Origin: an uncultured Gemmatimonas sp.
GTDB lineage: Bacteria; Gemmatimonadota; Gemmatimonadetes; Gemmatimonadales; Gemmatimonadaceae
Reading direction: 5' to 3'
Assembly (NCBI GenBank): GCA_964565915.1
Contig: CAZMGX010000002.1
Coordinates: forward strand, 1-51,472
Length of the DNA stretch: 51,472 nt
Shown here: positions 1 to 10,111 of the stretch, in pieces
Layout: every line of letters begins with the position of its first letter
How positions within the stretch are numbered: position 1 is the stretch's first letter
Made by a program: the position numbers and the translations under genes
Notes under the pieces: model-generated
Told to the model about the DNA's origin: nothing
What the model saw: only the letters and a program-made list of their open reading frames with translations
The model's database searches: none

Positions 1-770
1 AGGGTGCCGACGGTGGTCATGATGCCATCGTTCGGGTTGGCGAGCGTCACGAGTACGTCACGCGCGAAGTCGATCGCGTACAGCACCGTGGTTGTTGCTC
101 CCGTCACGCTGTTGGTGTACGCGGTCCCACCGATTGCTGGCGTCTGTCCCGCGCCCGCATCTGCCGGGGCGTAGCTCAGGACGCCGTCCACGGCGGCAAC
201 CGTTCCGTCGGTGGCGCCGCCCAGGTTCGGCACCAACCGCAGGTTCTGCGCCGTATTGCTGTGCACGCGCACGCGATTGGGCACCGGATTAAAATCGAAA
301 CCGAAGCTCGTACCGTTCAGCGTGGTGGCGAACGGAGCAGTGCCGACCACAGTGGCCGCGCCACTCGTGGTGTCGAGTGTGTAGAGGCGACTGGTCGAGC
401 CCAGCGCGTACAAGCGGCCGTCCACGGGGCCGAAGTCGATACCCAGCAACGTCTCCCCAACCTGGAGACCGGCGACCGTCACGCGACGGGTGACCTGATC
501 TGGACGTAAGGCCCCGAACGCGAGCAGTACGTTCGCGCCGTCGACGGCATAGATGGTCCGCCCGTTGTTGACGCCTGGCGTGCCGGTGGGGCCCGTCGGG
601 CCGGTGGGACCGGTCGGGCCCGTGGGTCCCGTGGGCCCGGCGGGGCCAGTCGGGCCAGTGGGGCCAGTGGGGCCGGTTGGACCAACGTCGCCCTGACAGG
701 CAGCGAGCACGGCCGTGAAGGCGATGGCCATCGTACGAACAGCGGCGGAGGCGGGGGAAGCGGTGGGCAT
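1..770 (-). CDS. Lipoprotein with collagen-like stalk and DUF4394-like beta-propeller domain (3' end outside window)
   Basis: Manual translation from ATG 770 (GAGGAG RBS upstream): [25 protein letters not shown] (lipobox), 14 Gly-X-Y triplets, then [18 protein letters not shown]...[16 protein letters not shown]...QNLRL...AYTNS...TVLYAID, which are DUF4394-type motifs. Open to the window edge, so absent from the ORF track. Confidence 0.85.
   Translation of the reverse strand, partial: MPTASPASAAVRTMAIAFTAVLAACQGDVGPTGPTGPTGPTGPAGPTGPTGPTGPTGPTGPTGTPGVNNGRTIYAVDGANVLLAFGALRPDQVTRRVTVAGLQVGETLLGIDFGPVDGRLYALGSTSRLYTLDTTSGAATVVGTAPFATTLNGTSFGFDFNPVPNRVRVHSNTAQNLRLVPNLGGATDGTVAAVDGVLSYAPADAGAGQTPAIGGTAYTNSVTGATTTVLYAIDFARDVLVTLANPNDGIMTTVGT
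567..692 (-). repeat. 9-bp tandem repeat encoding collagen-like GDV-(GPT)4-GPA-(GPT)6-GTP-GVN
   Basis: GGN-CCN-ACN units read directly on the minus strand, with synonymous variation. Confidence 0.95.
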
Positions 771-1105
771 TTGTTGGAGCTCCTCGCCACACACGTGGCG
801 CGCGTGAATCTCGGTGAATTTCAGTGGTGGCCGGACACCTGTACATCGGGTGCCGCCGGACTCGATCACGATCTCGACTCCCGTCTACGCCGCGCACAGT
901 CGGCTGGATGCATTGACGTTCAGATCGGCGACAATCGGCAACAATCGGTGGTCGATACTGCTCGAAAACGCACGACCGCCCATGCGGCAGTCGACGACGC
1001 TGGCGACGGGCAATTCGCCGCAGCACTATAGCTATCCCGGAGCGCCCGATTGGGTCCGACGTCACCGTCGGCATCGGGCGCCGCGTCAACGGCGATCGCG
1101 ACCAC

Positions 1106-2485
1106 ATGTCAGACCCAGCAGCGACCACCTCACCGCCGGCCGCGGAATCGTACTACCTCGCCTGCATTGCGGGTCCCGATCGTGGCAAGCGCGTACGTAT
1201 CGCGCGCGACGCGATCGCCATCGGCAGCACGCCCGACTGCCAACTGCTCACCGACGATCCCGACATCGCCGGGCCATTTGCCCGAGTGCAGCTGAACGGA
1301 CAGCGCGTACACATCGAGGCGCTGTCCACGCGTCAGCCACTGGTCGACGGGCATCCGGTCGCGCGGGCCGAACTCACCGCGTGGCAGCAGGTTCGCCTCG
1401 GTCGCTCACTCTGGGAGGTCCACGCGACGGTCGGTGCGTCGTCCGTCTTCGACTTCGTACATCGTGTCGGCGATCACCTTTCGAACGCGGCCGGCATCGA
1501 GAAGCCAGCCGAGTGGAACGCGCGCGAGATGTTCACCGAGGTGGCGAAGCGGCACGAAGACGAAGAGATCGAGGCCTACTTCACGGTCGGGACGACCTTC
1601 ACCACCCCATCGCTGGGGGAGATCGACACGTCGTGGCCGCGGCCGTGGGTCTTCCTTCGGGTGTGTGCGCTGTCCCTCGCCTTGTACTGGGGATTCAGCT
1701 TTGCGTGGAACACGTTCGCGAACGTGAACCTGATCCCCGGCCTGATCATGATCGGGTCGGTCGCCGTGCCGCTGTCGCTGCTCATCTTCTTCTTCGAGAT
1801 GAACGTGGCGCGCAACATCTCGCTGTATCAGATCGTGAAGTTGCTGCTGACCGGCGGGCTCGTGTCCATCATCATCTCGTTGTTCCTGTTCGACTGGACG
1901 CGCGGCGTGTCCAACTGGCTCGGGGCGGCCAGTGCGGGATTGGTCGAGGAGACGGGCAAGGTGCTCACGTTGCTGCTGGTCGTTCGCAAACCACGCTTTC
2001 GCTGGACGCTGAACGGACTGCTGCTGGGCGCGACCGTCGGGACGGGGTTCGCCGTTTTCGAATCGGCGGGCTATGCCTTGCGTGCCGCGCTCAGCGACGG
2101 CGGCATCCAGGCGATGCGCGACGTGATCTTTCAGCGCGGCGTGCTGAGTGTGCTGGGCGGCCACGTGTTGTGGACGGGCCTCGCCGGTGCCGCGCTGTGG
2201 CGTGTGCGCGATGAGCAGCCGTTCCAGCGCGAAATGTTGTGGGACCCGCGCTTCCTGCGTGTGCTTGGGGTTTGCATGGTAATGCACATGCTGTGGAACT
2301 CCAGTCTGTCACTGCCGGTGATCGGGGTCTACGGCAAGTTCGTGGCCCTTGGCGCGGCCGCTTGGCTGCTGGTGCTGGGGATGATCCAGAGCGGGTTGCG
2401 TCAGATTCGCGACGCGCAGGGACGAGAGGCGATGCGACGCACGGGGCCGACGGCGATCCCGGCCACGGCCATCGCACCGGCCTGA
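1106..2485 (+). CDS. FHA-like domain fused to PrsW-family intramembrane metalloprotease
   Basis: PrsW motifs EETGK (EExxK), GFAVFES, GHVLWT, MHMLWN and multiple TM helices; N-terminal ~100 aa follow the FHA pattern (L.CIAGPDRGK...AIGS...CQL...LVDG...VRLG). Confidence 0.85.
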   Translation: MSDPAATTSPPAAESYYLACIAGPDRGKRVRIARDAIAIGSTPDCQLLTDDPDIAGPFARVQLNGQRVHIEALSTRQPLVDGHPVARAELTAWQQVRLGRSLWEVHATVGASSVFDFVHRVGDHLSNAAGIEKPAEWNAREMFTEVAKRHEDEEIEAYFTVGTTFTTPSLGEIDTSWPRPWVFLRVCALSLALYWGFSFAWNTFANVNLIPGLIMIGSVAVPLSLLIFFFEMNVARNISLYQIVKLLLTGGLVSIIISLFLFDWTRGVSNWLGAASAGLVEETGKVLTLLLVVRKPRFRWTLNGLLLGATVGTGFAVFESAGYALRAALSDGGIQAMRDVIFQRGVLSVLGGHVLWTGLAGAALWRVRDEQPFQREMLWDPRFLRVLGVCMVMHMLWNSSLSLPVIGVYGKFVALGAAAWLLVLGMIQSGLRQIRDAQGREAMRRTGPTAIPATAIAPA

Positions 2486-2697
2486 CAGGCTCGCCGCCAC
2501 ACCGGGGCTGATTCGGTCCGTCTCCCGTCCTCCGCCCCTTGAAACCCCATTTTCAAGGGGGCGGAGCCCGCGAACACCCGTTTGGACCGGTATTCCAAGC
2601 GTTTTCCGGGACCCGGACGTTCAAACACGTACAAACACGTACATGGAAGCCGGCAGGTTCCGCCGCGCCGCTCGCTGTCTCTTTGGGGGTTTTGACG

Positions 2698-3948
2698 TTG
2701 CCGAACGTGATCCGAGGTGGTCGTCTCCTGCTCGCCGCGCTGGTCCTCTCCAGCGCGGTCAGTGCATGTGCGAAGGAAGCGGACGGCGGACCGTCGACCG
2801 GGGGTGGCGCTCGCGGTGGTGGCGGGGGCAACGGGGGACCGGGCGGAGGGGGCGGCGGCGGTCGGGGTGGCCGCGGCGGTGACAATCGCCCCACCCCCGT
2901 CGAAATCGAGACGGTTCGGCGCGGCGCGGTGTCGCGTACGTCCATGATTTCCGGCATGCTCGAGCCGATCCGCGTGGTCGGCGTCAACGCGCAGGTCGGC
3001 GGCATTCTGCTGTCGGCCGGGGTCGAGGAGGGCAATGCGGTGCGACAGGGGCAGGTCGTCGCCGAGATCGACGCCCGCGAGCTCGAAGCGCAATTGCGCA
3101 GCGCCGAGGCCAGCCTGGCCTTTGCGACGGCCACGTTCGAGCGATCCGAGAAGCTGTTCAAGCAGCAGATCATGACCGCCGCCGAATACGACCGGGACCG
3201 GGCGGCGTTCGAGGCAGCGAAGGCAACGGCCGATCAACTCCGGACGCGCGTCGGCTTCTCCAAGGTGCTCGCACCGATCAGTGGCATGGTTACCGAAAAA
3301 CGGTTTGAGGCGGGTGACGTCGTGTCCGCGCAAACGCGCCTCTATACGGTGGCGGATGTCAGCACGCTGGTGACGCTGGTGCAGGTGTCTGAGCTCGAGG
3401 TCGCCGCGCTGAAGGTGGGAGATCGCGTTCCGGTGACCGTTGATGCACTCGGCGGCGAGTCGTTCGCGGGGCGTATTCGTCGCGTGTTCCCGACGGCAGA
3501 CAGCACGACGCGGCTGGTCCCGGTCGAAGTGGCCCTCAGTGGCGACACGCGTGGACGGCTCCGCCCGGGTTACTCGGTGCGTGCGACTTTTGCGTTGGAC
3601 CGTCGCGACAACGCGCTACTGGTGCCGTCGCGAGCCGTATCGGGTCCCGCCGGTGCCCGCGCCGTGTTTCTGGTGATCGACGGCGCCATCACGCGTCGCG
3701 CGGTGCGGGTGGGCGAGGATGTTGGCGGGTCGACCGAGGTGCTGGATGGACTCGTCGAAGGCGACTCGGTGATCGTCTCCGGGACGTCGCAACTGCGGGA
3801 GGGCGGCAAGGCGACGGTGGTGCCGCCCATCGGCGACGCGCGTCGCGGTGGTCGCTCGCTCGATTCCATTGCCAGGCCCGGTAGCACCGATTCCGCCCGC
3901 AAAGCGCCCGGCGCGGACTCCAGTCGTCGCAAAGGAGGTCGCCCATGA
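2698..3948 (+). CDS. RND efflux periplasmic adaptor (membrane fusion protein)
   Basis: VEEGNAVRQGQVVAEID lipoyl half, coiled-coil hairpin, APISGMV, RRVFPTADSTTR, LLVPSRAV; AVSAC lipobox-like signal and Gly-rich linker. Start uncertain (TTG 2692/2698 or GTG 2707). ATGA overlap with next gene. Confidence 0.9.
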   Translation: MPNVIRGGRLLLAALVLSSAVSACAKEADGGPSTGGGARGGGGGNGGPGGGGGGGRGGRGGDNRPTPVEIETVRRGAVSRTSMISGMLEPIRVVGVNAQVGGILLSAGVEEGNAVRQGQVVAEIDARELEAQLRSAEASLAFATATFERSEKLFKQQIMTAAEYDRDRAAFEAAKATADQLRTRVGFSKVLAPISGMVTEKRFEAGDVVSAQTRLYTVADVSTLVTLVQVSELEVAALKVGDRVPVTVDALGGESFAGRIRRVFPTADSTTRLVPVEVALSGDTRGRLRPGYSVRATFALDRRDNALLVPSRAVSGPAGARAVFLVIDGAITRRAVRVGEDVGGSTEVLDGLVEGDSVIVSGTSQLREGGKATVVPPIGDARRGGRSLDSIARPGSTDSARKAPGADSSRRKGGRP

Positions 3949-6900
3949 GCGAGAAACGCCGCGGAATCGCCAGCTGGTCGATTAGCCGACCGATCGGCAC
4001 GATCATGATCACCAGCACGCTGCTCGTGCTGGGCATGGTGTACGTGGGTCGACTGCCGGTCGACCTGCTGCCCCGCATTGTGTATCCGCAAGTGCGCGTG
4101 AATGTCAGCAACCCCGGCGTAGAGCCGGCCGTGCTGGAGGAGACGGTCGCCAAGCCGCTCGAGGCCGCGCTGGCTACGACCGAAGGGTTGACGCGAATGG
4201 CCGCGGACGTGTCGACGGGCTTCGTCAACATCACGCTCGATTTCGATTACGGGACCAACGTCGACTTTGCACTGCAGGACGCGGCCAAGAATGTCGAGCG
4301 CGTGCGCGGTCGACTGCCGGAAGAGGCCGATCCGCCCACGCTGAACAAGTCCGACCCCTCGCAACAACAGATCTATCAGGTCGCGTTCTCGTCCACCACG
4401 CGCAACCAGACCGCCTTGCGGCAATGGGTGGAGCAGCGGCTGCGTCCACAACTGCTGTCCGTCAACGGGGTCGCGTCGGTCGAGGTGTTCGGCGGCTTGG
4501 TACGCGAAATCCAGGTTGAGCTCGATCCCGATCGCCTGCGCGGCCTGGGGCTGTCCGTTTCCCAGGTCATCAACGCGCTGCGCAACGAAAACCAGGACAT
4601 CTCCGCCGGTCGCATCACCACCATCGATCGCGAGTTGGCCGGCACGACCTCGGGCAAGTTCCGCTCGATCGAGGACATTCGCGGCGTATTGCTGACCGCG
4701 CCGGGGGGCACGCGCATTCCGCTGCGCGACGTGGCGATCGTGCGCGACACGAGTCAGGAGCAGCGCAGTTGGGCGCGCCTGAACGGTGTCCCTGCCGTGC
4801 GCATCGGCATCCAGAAGCAGCCCGAAGCGAATACGGTCGAAGTGGTCGACGGGGTGCAGGCCAAGCTGACGCAGCTCACGGAAAGCGGCTACATCCCGCC
4901 GGACATCAAGAACGAAATCACGTACGACCAGTCGGGTTTCATCAAGGACGCCCTCAACTCCGTGCGCGACGCGGCCATCATGGGTGCGCTGCTCTCGATG
5001 CTGGTCGTGATCGTGTTTCTGCGGTCGTTCCGCAAGACATTCATCATCGGGCTGTCGATTCCGCTGGCGATCCTGGCCACGTTCGTGATGATGGGCGTGG
5101 CCGACCTGACGCTCAACATCATGTCGCTCGGTGGTCTCGCGCTTGGGACGGGACTGCTGCTGGACAACGCGATCGTGATGCTGGAGAACATTTATCGGCG
5201 TCGCGAAGAGGAAGGGCTGGACCCCGAGGAGGCGGCGCACGTCGGCGCGGCGGAGGTCACCAATGCCGTCGTCGCGTCGACCACGACGAACCTCGCGTCC
5301 GTGGCGCCGTTCCTGCTCATCACCGGCCTCACCGCGCTGATTTTCCGTGAGCTGATCCTCACGATCTCGTTCGCGATTCTGGCGTCATTGCCGCTGGCGC
5401 TCACGTTGATTCCGATGCTGGCCGCGCAGTTGGGCAAGATCCGCTTTTCCTCCGGGCTCGAACGCTTTGGCCCACTGCTCGCCTTCGAGCGCGCCTTCGA
5501 GAAGGCCATCAATGGATATCGGATCGTGGCCACGCGGGCGGTGAGAGCGCGTTGGGTGCTGCTGACCGTGGTGGCAGGAATGGGCGTGGCCGCGTATTTC
5601 GCGGCGCGCACCTTCCCGACTGAATTCCTGCCGCAGGTCGACGACGGCACGGTCTCCGCCAACATCCGTATGCCGCCGGGCTCGACACCCGATCAGGCGA
5701 ACATCATGTCACTCGAGGTCGAGAAGCTCATCGACTCGATGCCATTCGTGGAGAGCGTGTTTGCCAATCCCGGCGCCGGCCGCGGTGGTCTGGAAGTGCG
5801 ACTGACCAAGGCGGGCGAACGGACACTGACCGCCGACCAGTGGGTGCAGCAGTTGCAGAAGAAAGTGGATGATCAGGGGTACGCCGGTTCGCGGGTCTTC
5901 GTGCGACCACCGCGTATTCGCGGTCTCCGCACCTCCTCGGCCGGCACGGATGTGTCCATCGCCATCGTCGGGGATCAGCTGGAGCAACTGCAGTACGTCG
6001 GCGACGATGTCGTGCGACGTCTGCGAGGCATTCCCGGTCTCGAGAACGTGCAGGTGCAAGCGGAAGAACCGCGACCGATGCTGTCCATCGCGCTCGATCG
6101 CGAACGCGCCCGCAACCTCGGGCTCGACGTGGCCACCGTTGGCCAGACGATTCGCACCGCGCTGGACGGAACGATCGCGACACGGTACGCCGAGCTCAAC
6201 TTCGAGTACGACGTGCGGGTGCTCTTCCCGAAACACCGTTTTTCCAGCGCGACCGACGTCGGCGGCACCATGCTGTTTCCGGGCGGCGGCAACCGCGCAC
6301 CGGTATTCCTGAACGACGTCGCAACGGTCGAGCCGGCCATCAGTCCGTCCACCATTCGGCGCGAAAACCAGAATCGTCGCATCGAAGTGAGCGGCGACGT
6401 GATCACCGCGATCGCGCCGGTGGGTGCGGTCACCGACTCCATCCGTAATCGCCTGGCCGACATCAGCCTCCCCGACGGCTACGGCCTCATCATCGGTGGT
6501 GAGCAAGAAGCGATCGACGACACCAACAGCCAGATGGTGCTCGTCATCGGACTGGCCATCTTCCTCGTCTTCGTCGTGCTCGCCGTGCAGTACGAGAGCA
6601 TCCTCGACCCGCTCATCATTCTTGGCGCGGTCCCGCTGGCTCTCATCGGCGTGGTGGCCATCCTCGGTGTGACCGGGACGTCATTCTCGGCGCCCGTCCT
6701 GCTGGGCATGATCATGCTGGCCGGCATCGTGGTGAACAACAGCATCCTGCTGGTTGAGTTCGCGAAGGAGTATCGACTCGAACACAACGTGTCGACGACG
6801 GTTGCCGTGGTCGAAGCCGGCGTGGTGCGCATGCGTCCGATTCTCATGACCACGTTCACGTCGCTGGTGGGGGCAATGCCACTGGCGCTTGGCCTCGGCG

Positions 6901-7091
6901 ACGGCGGTGAGCTGATGCGGCCACTCGCCATCGCGGTACTCGGCGGCCTGTCGGTGTCGTCGCTGTTGACGCTGTTCGTGGTGCCGTGCATGTACGTGAT
7001 CCTGCATGCGATGGGCGACGCCGTGGCGAAGTTCTTCCTTGGCGATCGCGCGACAGCGCCGCTGGTGGCGCGGGAGGCGTCGGGGGACTGA
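3945..7091 (+). CDS. RND efflux permease, AcrB/AcrD/AcrF family
   Basis: 1048 aa; LPVDLLPRI, GLLLDNAIVMLENI, GIVVNNSILLVE, RMRPILMTT, TLFVVPCMY motifs. Confidence 0.95.
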   Translation: MSEKRRGIASWSISRPIGTIMITSTLLVLGMVYVGRLPVDLLPRIVYPQVRVNVSNPGVEPAVLEETVAKPLEAALATTEGLTRMAADVSTGFVNITLDFDYGTNVDFALQDAAKNVERVRGRLPEEADPPTLNKSDPSQQQIYQVAFSSTTRNQTALRQWVEQRLRPQLLSVNGVASVEVFGGLVREIQVELDPDRLRGLGLSVSQVINALRNENQDISAGRITTIDRELAGTTSGKFRSIEDIRGVLLTAPGGTRIPLRDVAIVRDTSQEQRSWARLNGVPAVRIGIQKQPEANTVEVVDGVQAKLTQLTESGYIPPDIKNEITYDQSGFIKDALNSVRDAAIMGALLSMLVVIVFLRSFRKTFIIGLSIPLAILATFVMMGVADLTLNIMSLGGLALGTGLLLDNAIVMLENIYRRREEEGLDPEEAAHVGAAEVTNAVVASTTTNLASVAPFLLITGLTALIFRELILTISFAILASLPLALTLIPMLAAQLGKIRFSSGLERFGPLLAFERAFEKAINGYRIVATRAVRARWVLLTVVAGMGVAAYFAARTFPTEFLPQVDDGTVSANIRMPPGSTPDQANIMSLEVEKLIDSMPFVESVFANPGAGRGGLEVRLTKAGERTLTADQWVQQLQKKVDDQGYAGSRVFVRPPRIRGLRTSSAGTDVSIAIVGDQLEQLQYVGDDVVRRLRGIPGLENVQVQAEEPRPMLSIALDRERARNLGLDVATVGQTIRTALDGTIATRYAELNFEYDVRVLFPKHRFSSATDVGGTMLFPGGGNRAPVFLNDVATVEPAISPSTIRRENQNRRIEVSGDVITAIAPVGAVTDSIRNRLADISLPDGYGLIIGGEQEAIDDTNSQMVLVIGLAIFLVFVVLAVQYESILDPLIILGAVPLALIGVVAILGVTGTSFSAPVLLGMIMLAGIVVNNSILLVEFAKEYRLEHNVSTTVAVVEAGVVRMRPILMTTFTSLVGAMPLALGLGDGGELMRPLAIAVLGGLSVSSLLTLFVVPCMYVILHAMGDAVAKFFLGDRATAPLVAREASGD

Positions 7092-7174
7092 ACGGGACTG
7101 CATCCGTTCGGGCCAGTGCCGCGAACTGAAATGGAGAGAATCAGGCGCGTCCCTCCACGTCGTTCGCTGCCCCC

Positions 7175-8409
7175 ATGAGAATACGCCTCATCGTCGTGGC
7201 CCAGGCCGCGCTCATCGCTTCGTGCACTCCGGCGGACACGGAAGGGCGCGAGGACGTACGCACGCAGCGCGGTGACACACTGGTGGTGGGCATTCGCGGG
7301 GCGGGTGCCTGGGGGGCGGCTACACAACTGCAGCGTGTTGCGGCCTTCGGCGAAGCGGAAGGCACGGACGATGTGACACTCGGCAACATCATCGCGATCG
7401 CCACGGCGCCCGATCGGATCTACGCGACCGACGGCCAGCGCCACGCCGTGCGGTGTTCGATTCCGAGCTTCGGCCTATCGCGGTGTGGGGTCGCGATGGC
7501 AGCGGTCCGGCCGAATTGAAAAATCCCGACGGTGGCCTCGCGGTATTCTCCGATGGGCGCGTCGCGGTGCGCGATCCCGGCAATGCGCGTCTGCAACTGT
7601 TCGGGCGCACGGGTGCCTCTGCAGGAGAATGGCGCGTCATCGACGCGGGATTGCGCACCCGTGACAACTTCGGTCGGCAGGGCGATACGCTGCTGTCGCG
7701 GGTCGTCACGAAAGCCGTGGGTCCGATCGATTCATGGCAGTATGGGCTCGCTCGCATCACACCGGATGGCCAGGTACTGGACACCGTGCCGCTCCCGTCC
7801 GGGGCGCGCGCGACCTTGGTGGCCCGTCGTGGTGGAAACACGGCAGAGCTTCCGCTGCCGTTTGCGGCCAATGCGCTCTGGGCGTGGCACCCCTCTGGGG
7901 GATTCGCGCGCGCTGACGGTGATCGCTATGCCATCACTTGGCCAAGCGCGCGGGGCCTGATTCGTGTGGAGCGACAGGTCAGGCCCGTCACCGTCAGCGA
8001 CGCCGAAGCGGCTCAGGAGCGCGCGTACGTGACCAAAGGACTGCAGTGGCTGGACCCCGCATGGACATGGACGGGGCCGGACATTCCTCCGACCAAGCCG
8101 TTGCTGAGCCGGCTTTTCACCGGGAGTGATGGGTCCGTCTGGGCCCTGCGTGAAGGTGAGGCCGTCGACGGCGAGGATCCGGAGTACCAACCGAACGACG
8201 CCTCGTCTGTCGAGCGACGGTTGCGGTCGGCGCTGTCGTTCGACGCCTTTCAGGCCGACGGACGATTTCTGGGCAGTGTGGCCGCGCCCGTCGGACTGCA
8301 ACTGCGTCCCCAGCCGGTATTCGACAGCACGGGAGTGGTGGGTCTCGAGATCGACGGAGAGGGAGTGCCGCGGCTCGTTCGCTATCGTGTGGTGAAGAGT
8401 CAGCGCTGA
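7175..8409 (+). pseudogene. NHL/6-bladed beta-propeller-type lipoprotein, frameshifted at ~7453 (lesion or sequencing error)
   Basis: ORF 7175 (LIASC lipobox) reads IYATDGQRHAVR with CGG at 7451-7453; ORF from GTG 7453 continues VFDSELRPIAVWGRDGSGPAEL. One extra base restores a continuous NHL-like repeat. Confidence 0.75.
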
Positions 8410-9653
8410 AGCCGGCGGGCGATTTCCAGCAGCATCTCGTCGTTGTCTCGCGCGGCGATGAGCGAAATCCCGAGCGGGCAGCCGTTGAGCGTCGCGAACG
8501 GCAGACTGACTTGCGGCAGTCCGCCGAGTCCGGCGATACACAGCAACCCCAGCGATTGCTCGCGGAACGCGACCGTAGCCTCGGGCGGTGACTGCAGCAG
8601 CGGCGCGATGTCCGGCATGGTGGGCAGCATGAGTACCGCGTTGTCGGCCAGTAGCGCATCGAGCCGCGCCCGGATGTCGGCCCGCATGATGCGCATCCGC
8701 GCGACCTCCGCGGGATCGGTCTTGGCCACGGCGTCAAAGCGTGGTTTGATCTGCGGCCCGAAGGTGGGCTTTACGCGTTCGACCCACTCGCGATGAGCGT
8801 CATGGATTTCACTGAACTGCAGCACGCGGAACACGTCGAACCACGCGCGCAGTCCTTCGCGAGCGACCGTCACCGGCTGCGCTGGCCCGAGGCTGGCGAT
8901 GATGCGTTGCACCGCGGGCTCCAGGGCTGCAGCCGCGTCAGGCATCGCGAACGCAAATGCGTCCTCGGCCATCAACAGGCGACCGGGCGTCGCGGCGCGA
9001 CCGCCCAACAACACCGCACCGATGCGCGCAAAAAGATCGGCGTCGCGCGTGAACCAACCGCACGTGTCGAATCCCGGAGCCAGCGGGCATGCGCCGTCCA
9101 TGGCGATTCGCCCGTGGGTGGGCCGGATACCGTAAAGACCACAGAAGCTGGCCGGACCGCGAACCGACCCGCCCGTGTCGCTGCCAATGGCAAAGTCCAC
9201 GAGGTGACCGGCGACGGCGGACGCCGAGCCACTGGATGAGCCACCGGGGACACGGCCCGGTGCGGCCGGATTGATCGGGGTGCCGTAGTGGGCGTTTTCT
9301 CCGGAGAGACTGAAGGCCATCTCCTCGGTGTGTGTTTTGCCCACCATGCTGGCACCGGCCTCGAGCAGTGTCACTGCCACTGACGCCGTGCTGGTCGCAG
9401 GCTCGTGCGTGGCGAGCCAGTCGGGACTACCGAATCCGGTGCGATGGCCGGCGACGTCATACAGGTCCTTGAGGCCGAACGTCAGCCCCAGCAACGGGCC
9501 GCGCGTTGCACCGACGAGTGCAACGTGCGTGTGGCGGCAGAAGGCGCCGAGTGTGTCTCGCTCGAGGATGTCGGACGGCCCCGCGTGAGCGGCAGACACA
9601 TCCGCGGAAGACGCATCAGCGGTAGACGCGACCGACGATTGGCCCGCGGTCAT
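8400..9653 (-). CDS. Amidase-signature family amidase
   Basis: GLKDLY (Lys), PGGSSSGS, GSDTGGSVRGPA give the Ser-cisSer-Lys triad motifs; start ATG 9653 overlaps the upstream stop (ATGA). Confidence 0.92.
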   Translation of the reverse strand: MTAGQSSVASTADASSADVSAAHAGPSDILERDTLGAFCRHTHVALVGATRGPLLGLTFGLKDLYDVAGHRTGFGSPDWLATHEPATSTASVAVTLLEAGASMVGKTHTEEMAFSLSGENAHYGTPINPAAPGRVPGGSSSGSASAVAGHLVDFAIGSDTGGSVRGPASFCGLYGIRPTHGRIAMDGACPLAPGFDTCGWFTRDADLFARIGAVLLGGRAATPGRLLMAEDAFAFAMPDAAAALEPAVQRIIASLGPAQPVTVAREGLRAWFDVFRVLQFSEIHDAHREWVERVKPTFGPQIKPRFDAVAKTDPAEVARMRIMRADIRARLDALLADNAVLMLPTMPDIAPLLQSPPEATVAFREQSLGLLCIAGLGGLPQVSLPFATLNGCPLGISLIAARDNDEMLLEIARRLQR

Positions 9654-10063
9654 GGTCTCGATATGACAAAGGTGTACGTGTGCTCCGAGCCATCGGGGAA
9701 TCGGATCGCTGCCCGACCGGCTCCCTTGGTGGTGGAACCCGCTTCCCACGTGAACTGAAAGACGTGCCAGTCTTGGTCGTCCCACGACAGGCGCATGCGA
9801 CCTGCGGTACACTCGTTGCCGCGGAGTCGGCACCCGAACTGTCCGGTGGGTCCGTCAGAACGCATGGCCCCGCCGAGCGCGCTGTCGACTTGCACGACCG
9901 TGGCGGTGAACGTCAGCCACGGCGACGGCTTGAGGTTCGGTTCGCCGGAGCGGCTTTCCGTTACGAACGCCAGCTTCCACTCGCCCGCGTAGACGGACGG
10001 GGTCTGCGCCTGCACGGTGCCGGCCCACAGCGCGCCTATCGCGCTCAGCCCAATCCACTTCAC
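9650..10063 (-). CDS. Secreted hypothetical protein, beta-rich
   Basis: GTG 10063 with GAGG RBS; signal peptide ending VQA-Q, then YAGEWKL; coupled to the amidase. Confidence 0.7.
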   Translation of the reverse strand: MKWIGLSAIGALWAGTVQAQTPSVYAGEWKLAFVTESRSGEPNLKPSPWLTFTATVVQVDSALGGAMRSDGPTGQFGCRLRGNECTAGRMRLSWDDQDWHVFQFTWEAGSTTKGAGRAAIRFPDGSEHTYTFVISRP

Positions 10064-10111
10064 GTTGCCTCGCTGGTTGACGCCGCGTCGCCCGATCCGT
10101 ATGTCAACGTG

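Noticed and set aside
289..1128. Minus-strand ORFs 289-1128 and 479-790 with WPH/PLA repeats
   Set aside because: Off-frame readings of the collagen repeat; the true frame starts at 770.
3570..5240. Long antisense ORFs (also 10409-12208, 41951-43660, 1406-2287)
   Set aside because: Typical high-GC shadows opposite well-supported genes, with no recognisable motifs.
8400..9653. gatA
   Set aside because: Shorter than GatA, no gatB/gatC nearby; generic amidase-signature enzyme.
9680..10111. N-terminal extension of the GH127 ORF
   Set aside because: Overlaps the opposite-strand secreted protein; the Tat signal begins at 10112.
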